64,000 nt of DNA, taken from contig JASANG010000440.1 in the NCBI GenBank assembly GCA_030248215.1, positions 186,001 to 250,000 of the forward strand, read 5' to 3'. This document shows positions 34,701 to 48,055 of this stretch, one piece after another. A model generated the notes under the pieces. The model had not been told where the DNA came from, did no database searches, and saw only the letters and a program-made list of their open reading frames with translations. The translations under genes were made by a program, and so were the position numbers. The stretch is from Enoplolaimus lenunculus (taxonomy: Eukaryota). Each line of letters starts with the position of its first letter. The first letter of the stretch is position 1.

Positions 34701-36602
34701 ATCAGCCCCGATAAGTCGAGAACTGTGTATTTATCAATTGGTTTATAGGTGTTCGCTATAGGACAATGCCATTCACCGCCTTCATTGGACGCCAGTTGAA
34801 TGGCAGTAAAAATAGTTGAAGAATATGATCAGTTTTTAGATTTAGAATCCCGCAAATACCACAATTGCAATATGAAATCCGCTCGGCAGCAAAACCGTGC
34901 ATAAATCTGACAAATTTGACATAAATTTTGATTTTTTTAAATATACGTCATGGTATGACGACAATTCGTCGCTTGACAACTCGTTTACTGACAACTTGTA
35001 ATCAGAAATTTCACCGATTCATAATTTGTCGCCCATCACATGTTTGGTGTTTAGGCTTGGGCTTTTGGTATTATACCTAAAGGGTTTGACGCTAACTGTT
35101 CCACAGACGCGAACCTATCTGGCCGACGAATTGTCGCAGATTCGTGTGCCGTTACGAGACAAAATATTCAGTGTCATGATTTGTGCAACTCACCAATCGC
35201 AGAAACAACAGTGCAAACAAAATGAAACGCGTTTCCAATATTCCAACTGGATGACGTCATTGCAAACTGCGTTCCATTATCGAACGATGTCATCTCTTGC
35301 GTTGACGTCATCGCTTTATGACGTGCGATATCAGTAGGGCGTAGTGCATGAGCAGCAGCGAGCAACTGTTCGATCAATTCGCGATCAGTCGTTGAATTGG
35401 AATGCCGGTACAAAAATGTTGCGCGCAGTTGTAAGAAGACTTTGAGTTGAGCAGAGTCCTGGCCAATGAAATCACAAATTAATAAACATTTTCGGAGGAA
35501 CACAACAACTCTGTAAGCACTGAAGTGGCGAACGTAGGCGTCATCAGCCAGAAATATTGAATTCCGTTGTGCAACCGGGTTATAACGTTAGGTCGACAAG
35601 GTGACAAAACAATATACTGTGGTGACCCGAATAAGAGGGAGACTGATATTTATTTCGCCTCTCCAGAGGGCACCCCCCAGTTATTCGGTTACGAACTCGT
35701 TGAATTAAACGTTTGGTCTTGTATCAAAAGCTGGAGCGATAATGCAAGGTTATACTTTGACGCTTTAAGTTTCGAACTTAACTTTATTTGGTTCTGGAAT
35801 CATTTATGCGCTATAACTAGGGATAATTGACATTTATGGACTTTAATTAGGATTTAGGGACACTATCAGCTTACGGACTCTTATTAGGGATACGAACTCG
35901 TATTGATTGGGACTCAAAATGGGATCCCCTCTTATTACCCCCTCTATTCAAGTTACTACAGTACTGTTTAATACTCTAAGCCAACCTATAGAAAAGTTGC
36001 CGAGAAAATCCACAAGTATGAATGTGCACCCCAGAGCGACGCCATATCTGCTTATTTTGCGACTCCGTTCGGCGTTGGACGGCCTCTCCAGTCAAAAAAA
36101 ATTTGGTTTCCGAATTATTATGCGATGTCAAGTGGAAATTTACGTGCTTTGCCGTACGACATCGGACGGCATGAATAACATATTTCAATTTGGGCAATGA
36201 CAGATCAAGAATTTTCAAACGGACAGGGGGGCGGTAATTAAGACAACTCGCAAGCGAAGCCACCAAGAAACTGAACGAAACTCCCAGTTGGCGGTGCCTG
36301 GGCCTTAGAGATCCCTTGAATCTGCCAGTTAAATCGTGCCAACACTGCTGGCGTCGGCAGCCTTGTTTGCTTACCTGAGACTGTTCTAACGAAGCGAATA
36401 TCAAAGCACCTGTGTACAAATATGTTAGCAACGCAAAATTCAATATCACAAATCGTGCATTTTCTTCGTGCAATCGAAACAGGGCACAACAATGACTCGC
36501 GTTCGTTTGATGATATATTTGTGCTGATTCCGGCCTTTCTTTGGCAGGAGCATTTGGTTTTGTCGGCCCACCAGGCCTCAATGAAGTCAATTTATTCATC
36601 AT
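31743..36602 (-). CDS. KCNK13: Two-pore-domain potassium channel, THIK subfamily (KCNK12/KCNK13-like), about 600 aa, 4 coding exons
   Basis: Exons 36602-36375, 35458-35194, 34149-33379 and 32281-31743, all GT-AG and phase-consistent (1803 nt). M1 EENARFVILNFALLTYLYTGALIFASLE; P1 AFHFVCTVVSAIGYG; M2 ILFFNLFLERIVT; M3 WRPSVY; P2 YYCFVSFATIGFGDL; M4 YRVANF...GCCTVYSLFN. These and the C-terminal VSLRRFLAQNQAS and VGPLAML resemble vertebrate THIK channels. An open phase-2 acceptor at 36640/36641 means an upstream exon may exist. Confidence 0.9.
33000..33223. mobile_element. Telomere-repeat-bearing MITE (GGCC termini, 8-bp TSD; Merlin-like), in a K2P intron
   Basis: Termini GGCCCATGTT...AACATTGGCC, perfect TSD GGATATAT on both sides, internal TTAGGC runs. 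Confidence 0.85.
33565..33623 (-). repeat. 12-nt coding repeat giving (NNNS)5 in the K2P M2-M3 loop
   Basis: Lies within exon 34149-33379; translation [22 protein letters not shown]. Confidence 0.9.
34272..34479. mobile_element. Telomere-repeat-bearing MITE, in a K2P intron
   Basis: GGCCCATGTAAAGATCAGGG...TTTGTTCTTTGCATTAGCC, perfect TSD CATTTCTG, internal (TTAGGC)n. Confidence 0.85.
35616..35961. mobile_element. MITE with CTGTRGTGACCCGAATAAGAGGG termini, in a K2P intron; partial copies near 27103 and 52477
   Basis: Left end recurs at 27103; the right end CCTCTATTCAAGTTACTACAG is its imperfect reverse complement. Confidence 0.55.
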
Positions 36603-36791
36603 AAGACCCGACAAAAGGGTGCCGCTTTGTATATGTATACTGAGACAATCAAAAATTCATATTCTAAATACGCATTGGCTAATGGTTTAGTAAGGGTTGG
36701 ATGCTGAAAAGCAATCAGATAATTAAAAGTTAAAACTTTTATGATTCGTTCGATATTCGAACTGTGATCATCAATGTGACTTTAGCAGGCG

Positions 36792-37141
36792 GGCCCATGC
36801 AAAGATCAGGGGCGGAACGTTTTTCTGTGGGACTGCAAGAGTAAACTTAAGCTTTAGACTAATTTTTTGCTTGGCTTGGGCTTGGGCTTAGGTTTAGGCT
36901 TAGGCTTAGGTTTAGGTTTAGGAATATGCTTATAATACTGTTCAGGCAATGGTGGATCCATGGGGGGCACCCTGGCCGTAGCCCCCCCAACAGCATCTGA
37001 ACAAAAATTATATAGCAATTTTGTGACAATAGTTCGTGGTTTATGTGTGGGTCAAAAATAAGTTTATTACCTGTGAAATTTTGGGCCCCATTTTGAGATC
37101 CTGGATCCGCCACTATTCAGCCCCTGTTTTCAACGTTGGCC
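36792..37141. mobile_element. Telomere-repeat-bearing MITE with a nested CAGTGGCGGATCC-type element (36947-37115)
   Basis: Family termini and TTAGGC/TTAGGT runs; the insert has inverted ends CAATGGTGGATCCA/TGGATCCGCCACTA with TTCAG repeated on both sides. Confidence 0.75.
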
Positions 37142-39424
37142 AGCGCAGAGTGTTCGAGTGGTTTGCACAAATTGTATTTTATTGGCCATACTGTGTGCTA
37201 CAACGGGTCGTTAACCAGCCTGGCCTGTGTTGCTAAAAGGACGAATATAAAATCTACGCTCAGATGGTTGCCAAGCCAACAAACACCAGACGACCAGGTG
37301 ATTCTACAAAGCAAAGTCCTCAGAAAATTTTTGACAAATGAATCTGTTCGCGACTAAATTTAGGACGAGAAACAAACTAAATTTGATTAACAATGGTGTA
37401 ATTTTGACTCCAAATTCAAGTTTGATTTCGCTCAGCCTTAAATTTCATTCCATTGAGTAACGAGTCACGTTGCAACTTCCGATGAGTTAGCAAGGTTCGA
37501 CTGAGTTGATTTCAATCTGACTTTTGTGAGCAACTCCATTGAACCTTAGGTCCGTAAACAGCCAACAACGCGCGGTGGAGGTGGGGCTGAAAATTTCAAC
37601 AGGGACAAGCAACGTTCTTAGATGGCTTAAAAAGCGGGGTTAAAACGTTTTCGCGGAAGGAGTCCGCTTTGTTTTGTGCGGGTGGGGGCTTAACCTCTGG
37701 GTCTCTTTGTCTGGTCACGTACCCGTGGAACAACAGATTGACTCACCGTTTTTTTATAAAATGTATCTTGTTGGCTTTACTGATCCATGTAAAGATCAGG
37801 GGCGGAACGCTTTCCTGTGGGACTGGAATAGAATAAGCTTCAGCTTTAGATTAAATTATTTGTTTGGATTAGGCTTACGCTTAGGAATAAACTCCGTAAC
37901 GGCTTGGCAACCAACTACATCAACTGCTTGTTTAATTTTCGTTCAAGTCCAGTTAAACAATAGTGACTCTATTGAGTTGAAAATGGCTCATTTGAGCGTA
38001 ATTTATTAATCAGCGTTGAAATTTTTTAAAATTAATTAGATAAAATTAAAAGCAACGACGAAAATTGAATCTGAGCTAAAAACCCAACCATCGTCGCTAG
38101 TTTGGCAGATGTTAGGGTAGCGCTATGCCTTTGATGACATGCGACGCCGTTCGTCACCGTACGGCGTCGTCCGTTACCGTCAGATGCCGTCCGTCACTGT
38201 TTGGCACCGTTCGTCACTTTGCGGTATCGTACGTGAATTTCTCATGTACGATACCGTATAATGACGGACGGTAACGAACGGCCCCAGACGGCGACTGACG
38301 GCTACGGACGCCGCTGCGTAGCCAGCATAGCGACAACCTTACTTTTAGAGCCGTCCTGGTTACTGGGGCGTCTGTAACAGTAGGCTTACAATCATAGACT
38401 ACATTTTTTGCCTAAGTAGGCTTAGAAATACACTTTTTCAACGCTCAGGCTTAGGCTTAGCAATACGCTTAATACACTGTTAAGGCTCTTGACATTGGCT
38501 GCTTATACGCTTGAGGTACAAATTCACGCTCGGAACTCAAACAAAAGGATCTGATTGGACACATTTCATAGTCTACGACAATTCGTCGTCCGCAAGTTCG
38601 CTCAACCTAAGCCTAAACCCAATCGAAGCTTAAGCAAACAATCAAATTGATTGGTCAACGAAATTTTAGGATCAGTTGACGAATTGTTCGGCGACGAATT
38701 TTATACATTGTTCATATTAGGAGTTTTTAACATGAAAGCATGGAGCCAATGTTACTTTTAGGGGCGTAACAGTAGATTAAGCAGTTGATATTGAAAATCA
38801 AAATTGTGCCATGTTGAATGAAGACTTGTTTTCAACTGACCAATACAGTCAATTGAGAATACCACCTACAGGAAGTATTAATTACAATTGAAAGCGTCAA
38901 CGTTCAGTTGACATGCATTTATATAAAACTGTCAGTAAAAACGCATTGTGTAGAATTGTAACGTATAATTTATCTTTTTTCCTGCCCAATTAACGTGCAA
39001 TATTCGAACAAACAGTATCATCGTAATGATTTTCTACTAAAACCTTTATATTGGTTTAGCAAACCTCGATCTAAAGTTGTTATTATATTAAATATTACGC
39101 GCAAACTTAATAATTTATAATATAAAGATACTAAAACGCACCTGTGGAAAAAAGACTTCCACCCACTACATGGGCCAGATAAAATATGGCATCTGGCGGG
39201 TGAGGACAATATCATTGGTGGATAAGCAGGATATTGTTTGCCCTCACATCAAAATGAGTACCTGCTGACATTGTGTACTCGAAATCTCGAGAGTTTGGGC
39301 GTCCTGGCAAAGATAGAGAGAAACATTTTAATACACTGGTGTACGCATCATAACGTAGATGACCCTTTAACGTCCATACTTAAAGCTCAGAAGCCATTTC
39401 CCCGTAATTTTGCGCTGAAATCCG

Positions 39425-39622
39425 GGCCCATGAAAGAACAAGGGCGGAGCAGTATTATAAGCATATTCCTAGCCCTAAGTCTAAGCCTAAGCATGAGCAT
39501 ATTCCTAAAACCTAATCCTAAACGTAAGCCTAAGCCAAGCAAAAACATTAGTCTAAAGTTTAAGCTTACTCTTTGCCAGTCCCACAAGAAAACGTTCCGC
39601 CCCTGATCTTTTTACATGGACC
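39425..39622. mobile_element. Telomere-repeat-bearing MITE
   Basis: GGCCCATGAAAGAACAAGGGCGG...CCGCCCCTGATCTTTTTACATGGACC; GCCTAA runs; TSD 6/8. Confidence 0.8.
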
Positions 39623-40891
39623 AAAATGCGGAATATAATCGCAGTCCTGTTTAAATTTATGTTAAAAATACAATCCTTTGAATAAATTCTTATGCCTGTT
39701 CAGATTAATAGGGTTTTTTGTGTGTTAAAGGCGCTCGACACATTTGAAAATGCCAGCCGAGTACATAATTACCTGTATACATCTGTAGGTAAATATGGTT
39801 TAGATTTATCAGAGGCTTTTTACGATATACAAAAAAATAGCTTTTCATAGCCAAGCGCATTTCTAGAATTCAGGAGGATATCTAAGAGACATTTTTGCTG
39901 ACGATTGTAGCGAACCGAGAATAAATTCGTTTCCTTTACCAATTAATGGCCAAATACTCTTTGTCTCGTCTCATTTCAAATTTTCTAGGAGTCCATATCC
40001 GCTGTGACCCTCGTGTCCCGTTTTACCTTGCGCCGTATTCCGGTTGAAAATGCATTTATATTTTGAATTTTTTAAAATCGCTATTAGCATATTTCCGATT
40101 ATCGAGAATACAGGGTTTTGCTGTTCCTAAACACAAAATATATGCATCATTTATAATTATATATGACTCTCAGTGGCGTAGCAAGAAATATGGATTGGCG
40201 AGGGTCGGAAACTAAAAAAACATTTTTTGTTGATACAAAAATTTCAAGATCGCTATTTTTATAAGAAGGCGTCTTTACCTGTGTAAAATACAGATTTCGA
40301 CCGCAGAAGTCATTTCCTTTGCGTTTCGGTACATCCTTCCTACACCAGGTGAAAATAACCTTTCTGTATTGATTTTTATGTAAACAATAACGGACTTTGA
40401 CGTATTAAATGGAACGCCGTAGATGCGCGGTGATTTTCTTGAAACAATTGTTTTAAAACCCTTTCAAGAGGCAAAAATAAATATGCAAATTATAAAAGAG
40501 AACAAATTTTGATTTCAAGATAAAGTTTTTGGCTAATCGGTGAAACCGAACCCAAGACATTCAAATATTAGCAGCCGAGTTTCGGTTACCTTTCGTCACA
40601 GCCGGCATTTGCTCCAAAAATGGTTTGATTGTGGTATTTTTTGCATATTTGAACTTCTCATAATGTCAAAGAATTGATTCTCGCTTTTATGAGCGAAAAT
40701 AATTCACCGAAAATGATTTTAATTCTAAAACAGCAACTATAGCCACAATTTGGATATTTTTTCAAAACAATTTATGTCGAGCGTTTATATTAAAACAATG
40801 ACTATCAAGATTCGTAAACGATGGGCGGAGTTGAGTTTGCCACAAAATCGAAACAAATACTGATTTTATATTAAATTTAAGATTCCACTTT

Positions 40892-41089
40892 GGCCCATGT
40901 TACTTTTAGGGCCATACCGGTTTCTGGAGGGTCTGTACAAGAGTAGGCTTATATTCTAGACTACATTTGTTGCATACGCCTTAGGCGTAGGCTTAGGCTT
41001 AGGGATACGCTTTTGCAACGCTTAGGTTTTGGCTTAGGCTTTAGGAATACGCTTAATCTACTGTTACGGCTCTGGAAGTAACATGGGCT
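40892..41089. mobile_element. Telomere-repeat-bearing MITE
   Basis: GGCCCATGTTACTT...AAGTAACATGGGCT; TTAGGC runs; TSD TCCACTTT/TCAACTCT. Confidence 0.75.
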
Positions 41090-43393
41090 TCAACTCTGAT
41101 GCAGAAATAATGCAAATCGTAGCGAAAAACACAACATTGTTTTGTTTCCTGTCTGGAAAGCCAGCAACTGCATCTTTTCGACACCAAAGAGTATAAAAAA
41201 CACAACAGCTGACAATCACTCCAGAGCCGACTGATGCTCTTGGTGTGAGTAAAAATAACGAAACCCAATTAGAAATTAAAACGTTAGATATTCTGTGACC
41301 GAATGTTTGATAGTCGTTTACTTCTGTGATCTCGAACGTCCAAATGGTGAGTCAAATTGACTCATTCAAAAATAAGCTTTTTCGAACTCCGCAAACTGAG
41401 TCATATTCAACTCTGCCAGAGTCAAATTTGATTCACTGAGTCGCATGTTTGACTCTGGCAGAGTCAAATTTGACTCAATATGTGTAGTCCGAAAAAGCCT
41501 ATTTCTGAAACGATCAATGTGACTAACCATTTTTTGCAGTGTACAGATAAGCGAATACCGAAAAATAGTTGAACAATGCCAGATGTGAAGAACTTGAATT
41601 ATTTTCTCAACAATTTTACATTTTAATTGTGGAATTTTAAAAATGATTTTTATCACAAAAAGTATCAACGTCGACTTGACTTAGTCATCATGAAAGCCTA
41701 AAACCGGAAATTAGAAAATGTTTAGTTTAACACCTACGCGTCTAAAACTTCCACAAGTATACACAACCGAGACGACAGCCCACTGTATCTTGTTTCGCGT
41801 TCAGTAAAGAATTTGATATTAAAATATAAAAATTTAAAATTTTTTTTCATTTTACCTTTTCTCACATGAATATTTTATTAATTTCGTATTAGAATTAAGT
41901 ATATTTCTACGGTAATGAACTTAAAAGCAATAAAAAAGGCTGACTTCTGTTAAGGTTGTGTGATTCAAACAACTGGAACACGACTGAGACATAAAGATAG
42001 CAATCCAGGACTGATCCGCAAGGAGGAACCATCTGGAGCCGCTACCCTCATTTTCGGGTCACTTCAGTATAACGTAAAGTGTAGAACCCGAAAACGCAGG
42101 AGGCTGGTCGAAGGCAACAAAGCCTGAAAACCTTCAAGTTTTTAGCTCAGGTGTCAAATCAAAACTATCCTCAAAAAAGGGTCAAATTCAAGCGATGCAA
42201 GCTTATCATTAATATTTTTGAACGGAAAAAATGGATCAAATTCAAGGCTGTTTCGCTGCAGCTCTGACTAACGATTGGCCAATTAGCGAAATATTTGACG
42301 TTCGAAGCATACATTAATGTTTGTTTCAAAGACTATAAAGATAGAAAAAATATGCTAATGACAATGCTATCCTGCTGACTGAACCCCGAAAAGCTATTTA
42401 TATTTTTCGAACAAAAGAAAATATATGCATATTATTATTATCGTTCTTATTATGATTAGGTTATAAAACACTACAAAGGCATACGTATTCACATATGAAT
42501 GACCGTTAGGTTGTATGCCAGGTTTCCGGCCTGAAAACTAATCAGCCATCAACCCAGATGCAGCGTCTCTTTCTGTGAACCAGAAAAATGGGTCCACAGC
42601 AGATAAATTGCTTGGTAATGGATATTCCAATTGAACTGAAAAAACAACCAATGAACTGTGCTTCATTGACATCGAATTTTTAATTTACTTTTAAAAATGC
42701 AAAAATTTCAAAACACCAAAATATAAAATAAACATTGGCAGAGTTTCTGAAATCTTACTTAAGTATCGATACTTAAGTATGTGCTAAGTAATTACTTAGC
42801 CATTTTATCGTTTTTAAAAGCGTACTTAACTTAAGTCAATACTTAAGCCGCTGATTAAATCTGATCAATTACAAATTAACCCATCAGGTATACAAACCTT
42901 GGTTCAACGGAAATTTTGACTCGTCGTGCGTCCTGAACATAAATCAAAACTCTTACTTTTTTGATATGACAATGGCTCACATTTGACGATTAATACCTGA
43001 TTTGTTTGACCAGTACTTACTTAAGCCAGCTTCTTAAGTAAAATACTTAAGCATAACTAAATACTTATGTACAATTTTAGAAACCCAGCCATTGATTGCA
43101 AAATCATATAATCCGGTACTGTGATGAAAGTTGCCAATTGCAAACCTGTTAACGTCACATGTAAATAATGCCAAAATTGACAGGGGTTGATTGATAGAAA
43201 CATTAAAGATATAACAGTTTATAGAACAATGTTATCAAACAATTATTATTATTACCTTCGCTACATTAATATATAATATTTATATTTTATTCAAGCTGAT
43301 TAATATAATTAATTGCCGTAGCAATGAATGGACACATCTTCACTTAAATACCATAACAATTACCAGGTTTCTGTAGTTTTATATAGTTAATAT

Positions 43394-43728
43394 GGCTCAT
43401 ATATAGAACTGGGCCGGAACCGTAGTATAAGCATATTCCTAAGCTTAAGCTTAACCCTAAGCCTAAACGTATGGATGAGCCTATTCCTAAGCCTAAGCCT
43501 AAGCCTAAGCCTAAGCCTAAGCCTAAGCCTAAGCGTATAGATGAGCATATTCCTAAGCCTAAGCCTATGTCTAAGCCTAAGCCTAAGCCTAAGCGTATAG
43601 ATGAGCATATTCCTAAGCTTAAGCCTGAGCCTAAGCCTAAGCCTAAGCAAAAAAATTAGTCTAAAGCTTAAACTAACTCTATTATAGGCCTTCCGGAAAA
43701 CGATCCGGGACTGTTCTATACATGGGCC
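43394..43728. mobile_element. Telomere-repeat-bearing MITE with long (GCCTAA)n tracts
   Basis: TIRs GGCTCATATATAGAACTGGGCCGGA / TCCGGGACTGTTCTATACATGGGCC; TSD GTTAATAT/GGTAATAT. Confidence 0.85.
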
Positions 43729-46700
43729 GGTAATATAATAAGAGTAAGCAATGAAATTCTTCATTAATGGTTCGAACAAAGCCCCGTATACGTGGCTGTT
43801 TTAGATTAAGATTCAAAGATTCACTATCCTACCACTGGAAAAGTGATTTCGTATTCATAAAAATTACAACAGCCTCAACATTAATCAGGTGATCAGCTTT
43901 AGTTGAAGCGTTTTCTGTTGTTTTATTGACTGTGTCTGTAGCTGACAGACGGAATACACTAGAGTTTTGGTATAATTTAAAGATTGGCGTTGCTAACACT
44001 TTTTTCAAGTGGTCAAATTTGTTTTGCTGAGATGTAGTCTTCCTGAACCCACTTGGTTGAGGATCAGGGTCCCTGTGAAAATCAGGTATACGTTTTCAAA
44101 CTTGAACGCGGTTATATGTCACCCTGCAGTCCTTCGATGGAGTTCTGAGCGCATATTCTGAAACGTATATGTGCTTTATTCGTGAAAGATTCTGTAACTT
44201 TTGAACCAATGAACTCACTGTCAGCAAGGTTTCATTCGGCCAATCAATATGAAGGTGTAAGAATTTGGCTAAATCTATAAAATCATGTGCAACATCTTCA
44301 ATACTGTTTTGTGACCAAAATTACACTTGCAAAAAGTGTTTTGCTGCAAAAATTTGCACGTGTGAATATAGGATTTTAATCAAAATCTCACGAATTTATG
44401 TATATTATCAGGCACGTTTACATGTAAAATGTTGGTGTTGGCCTTTTTAAAACTGAAAAAACAACATCACTGAAAGCGTCACAGCTTATTTATGGTTATT
44501 TTAATTAAAAGTAAACTCATTTCAAGGATTTAAGATTGGATTTCAAAATGTGACTTGCGAACGCCTGTATCATAATAAACCAGATGGTTGAAATTTGATT
44601 TTGTGAAATTCCAAAATATTATTTTGTAGTCTGTTTGCGTTGCGCCTCTTTGTAACCTCAAACCATTATTATTTGCTAAATTTTTTGCAGCAATTTTAGC
44701 TTAACCGTAACCCTTTTCCGCATGGAAAATAAATTTATTGATTAAGTCAAAATTGTAAGTCGTATAGGTAACGTACGATATGTCGCGCATTGTTTAATGG
44801 AACAAGTATTATTTGTTGCAAAAAACAATTGATACTACATGTTTGAAATACATTAATGTAATTTGTACAGATTCTGTGAGTCGCTCCGTCATTTTTATGC
44901 GATAAGCGATACTGTAGTAAAATACGTAAGACAATAGAGGTGCAATGGCCATGGCATACTGTAGCAATACCTGATGATCACTGGCTTAAAGGTTCGATCC
45001 TGATATCACTTTTAACGTAAGAAATCTTAGCCCGTTTTCTCAAGCCACACATTGCTGAATGGTAATAGGAACCTGCCAAATTTGTTGGGTAGACATAAAA
45101 AGCAGTCAATTCCAATATTTCATAACCAATTTGGTCATGACAGTGAAGTTTTTACCCTGTACTCTTTGGGACTTTGCCACAGGTTCCGCCGTGAGACCGG
45201 CGGTGGGTGGTCGCTCTCTGCTTCTATCGGATAACAAAGACCTGTTCTGCTGACAAATTCAAAACCCAAGAACTTAATCAAATACTACCTACAACCGATT
45301 TATGGGATTACACTACCTACAAGCGATTTATGGGAGTTTATACATACAACATCAATAGTGTTAATATTGAATTCTGTATGCAAGTACATATGCAAATGAA
45401 AAACACTGCGAACAACCATCTAAGGTCGCGAAAAATTTTCAGTTTGTATCTTTAACAATAAATAATACGCGTGTGCAGTAACACTGAACCTAGAGTCCAA
45501 TGAAATTGAAAATTTTCAAGCAGTTGGAAATTGTTAGCGTTTTAAACTTGTAGCCATGTTTAAGGCTGCAAGTACCGTCTAAACCCAAACCAACCCAACT
45601 TATGACATGGTGACCGTGATGGGGTCACAATCTGGCGCGTCAGAACCCAAATACCTCAGTTGACGGTCAAGGGACGCCTTCCCTTGTAGAAAACTAGGGT
45701 ATGTGACAAGCGGATGCATGGAAGTAACATAAAATGTATCCTACTTCAAAAAACACTGATGCGTATGCAGTGCCTTTATATGCAGCAGCAGTAAAATATG
45801 GAAGAACAAAGATACATGAATGTATTATAGGTTCTTATATAAGACATAAAAAGACGGAAATTTACCAGCCGACTGTGGGGTGGTATAGCTTAGTTGCAGC
45901 GCGTTGAGGTGAGAATTTGTTGACCGTGAGTTATGTGATCGGAACCTCTTATAAGAAGTCATACTATTTTCAGCCGAAAGAACTCAGAACTATAAACCGT
46001 CGAACCAAGTACCTTAACAGGCTTAGGTTTACCCTTTTTTCAACACTTGGGATTAGGCTTAGGCTAAGGAATATGCTTAATCTGCAGTTACGGCATCGGT
46101 AGGAACTACATATTTGAATTAAATCTGTCGCTCGAACTTTTTAACATTTATTATACTATGAGCAATAGTTACAAACAAAAGTGCTCGTGCATACTGTAAA
46201 AAATGGTGAGAAAAATTGACTCTCTCCGAAATAGACTCTACGGGACCACACAAACTGAGTTAAATGCGGCTCAGCCAGAGTCAACTTCAAGAGTAGTACA
46301 TTTGACTCCGACGGAGTCGAATTTGACTCAGTTTGTGTAGTCCCGTAGAGCCTGTTTTGGAAAGAGTCAATTTGACTCACCAATTTTTGCACTGCAGCAA
46401 ATATAAGAGGCTTAAACAATTACAGTTATGTGAAGTACATATTATGGACATAACAACCCTCTCGGGCTTAAGTGCCAAACTCCGTCCTATATAGTGACTA
46501 GTGATGGTACACGCGTTCACCCAGCCGGCAATCTGACATTTGAATCTAAAGCTGAGAAATTGGATATCAAATGAAATAAAAAAATATTCACACAAGAAAA
46601 GGTTAATTTACTCCAAACAAGAAAGCTAAAAATGAAACAATAATTGAAACCACAGCGGATATTTGAAAACCATAATTTTATCATTAAACTTTACAACTTA

Positions 46701-46940
46701 AACAAACGGTGTCGATTCAGGCACTGAAATTTTCGTGCAATTTATTGCAAACGACTGATTTCATATTATCAGCATTTATATATTTGACTGAGCATAGAAA
46801 TGAAATTTCGAATATATTATTACAGTCCTGTGAAAACGGGATACGGAAGGTAAGGCACTGTTTCAGGGACGGGAAGAGTCGGAACATCCATAGATTGAAG
46901 GATGGCAACATGGGAAATTTTGAAAGGCATTGGCGGACAG

Positions 46941-47910
46941 GGTTAATGTAAACAGCAAAGGCGAAACAGTATTATAAGCATATTCCTAAGCCTTAGCCTA
47001 AGCCTAAGCCTAAGCCTAAGCGAAAGCGTAAGAATGGGCTTATTACTAAGCCTAAGCCTAAGCCGAAGCCTATGCCTAAGCCTAAGCCTAAGCGTAAGAA
47101 TGGGCTTATTACTAAACCTAAGCCTAAGCCTAAGCGTAAGAATGGGATTATTACTAAACCTAAGCCTAAGCCTAAGCGTAAGAATGGGCATATTACTAAA
47201 CCTAAGCCAAAGCCTAAGCGTAACAATGGGCATATTACTAAACCTAAGCCTAAGCCTAAGCGTAAGAATGGGATTATTACTAAACCTAAGCCTAAGCCTA
47301 AGCGTAAGAATGGGCATATTACTAAACCTAAGCCTAAGCCTAAGCGTAAGAATGGGATTATTACTAAACCTAAGCCTAAGCCTAAGCGTAACAATGGGCA
47401 TATTACTAAACCTAAGCCTAAGCCTAAGCGTAAGAATGGGATTATTACTAAACCTAAGCCTAAGCCTAAGCGTAAGAATGGGATTATTACTAAACCTAAG
47501 CCTAAGCCTAAGCGTAAGAATGGGATTATTACTAAACCTAAGCCTAAGCCTAAGCGTAAGAATGGGATTATTACTAAACCTAAGCCTAAGCCTAAGCGTA
47601 ACAATGGGCATATTACTAAACCTAAGCCTAAGCCTAAGCGTAAGAATGGGATTATTACTAAACCTAAGCCTAAGCCTAAGCGTAAGAATGGGATTATTAC
47701 TAAACCTAAGCCTAAGCCTAAGCGTAAGAATGGGATTATTACTAAACCTAAGCCTAAGCCTAAGCGTAAGAATGGGATTATTACTAAACCTAAGCCAAAG
47801 CTTAAGCGTAAGCATAGGCATATTACTAAACCTAAGCCTAAGTCTAAGCCAAGCAAAAAATATTAGTCTAAAGCTTAAGCTTACTTATATTAATACAGTC
47901 CCACCGAAAA
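46941..47910. repeat. 42-bp minisatellite (CCTAAG)3-CGTAAG-AATGGGATTATTACTAAA, about 18-19 units, inside a telomere-repeat MITE copy
   Basis: Direct reading; the 14-aa periodicity of the spurious ORFs agrees. Flanks match family ends (ACAGTATTATAAGCATATTCCTAAG...AAAAAATATTAGTCTAAAGCTTAAGCTTACT). Confidence 0.92.
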
Positions 47911-48055
47911 CCAACCGATGGTTTTGGAAACATTTCATAAATATATAGCAAGTCATTGTAAATTCCACTTTACTAATACAAAAATTGAAATACGAGAAAA
48001 TTGTAATGAAAGCATTTTCAAATTATTCACATTTGAAGGCTAAATGAACTTTTTG

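Noticed and set aside
44930..45940. Isolated B-box-like GGTTCGATCC (about 44991) and A-box-like TAGCTTAGTTG (about 45886)
   Set aside because: Too far apart and no cloverleaf; at most decayed SINE fragments.
46943..47948. Four overlapping long ORFs (264-304 aa; KPKPKPKRKNGIIT, LRLRLRFSNNPILT and similar)
   Set aside because: Translations of the 42-bp satellite, open in several frames on both strands; not genes.
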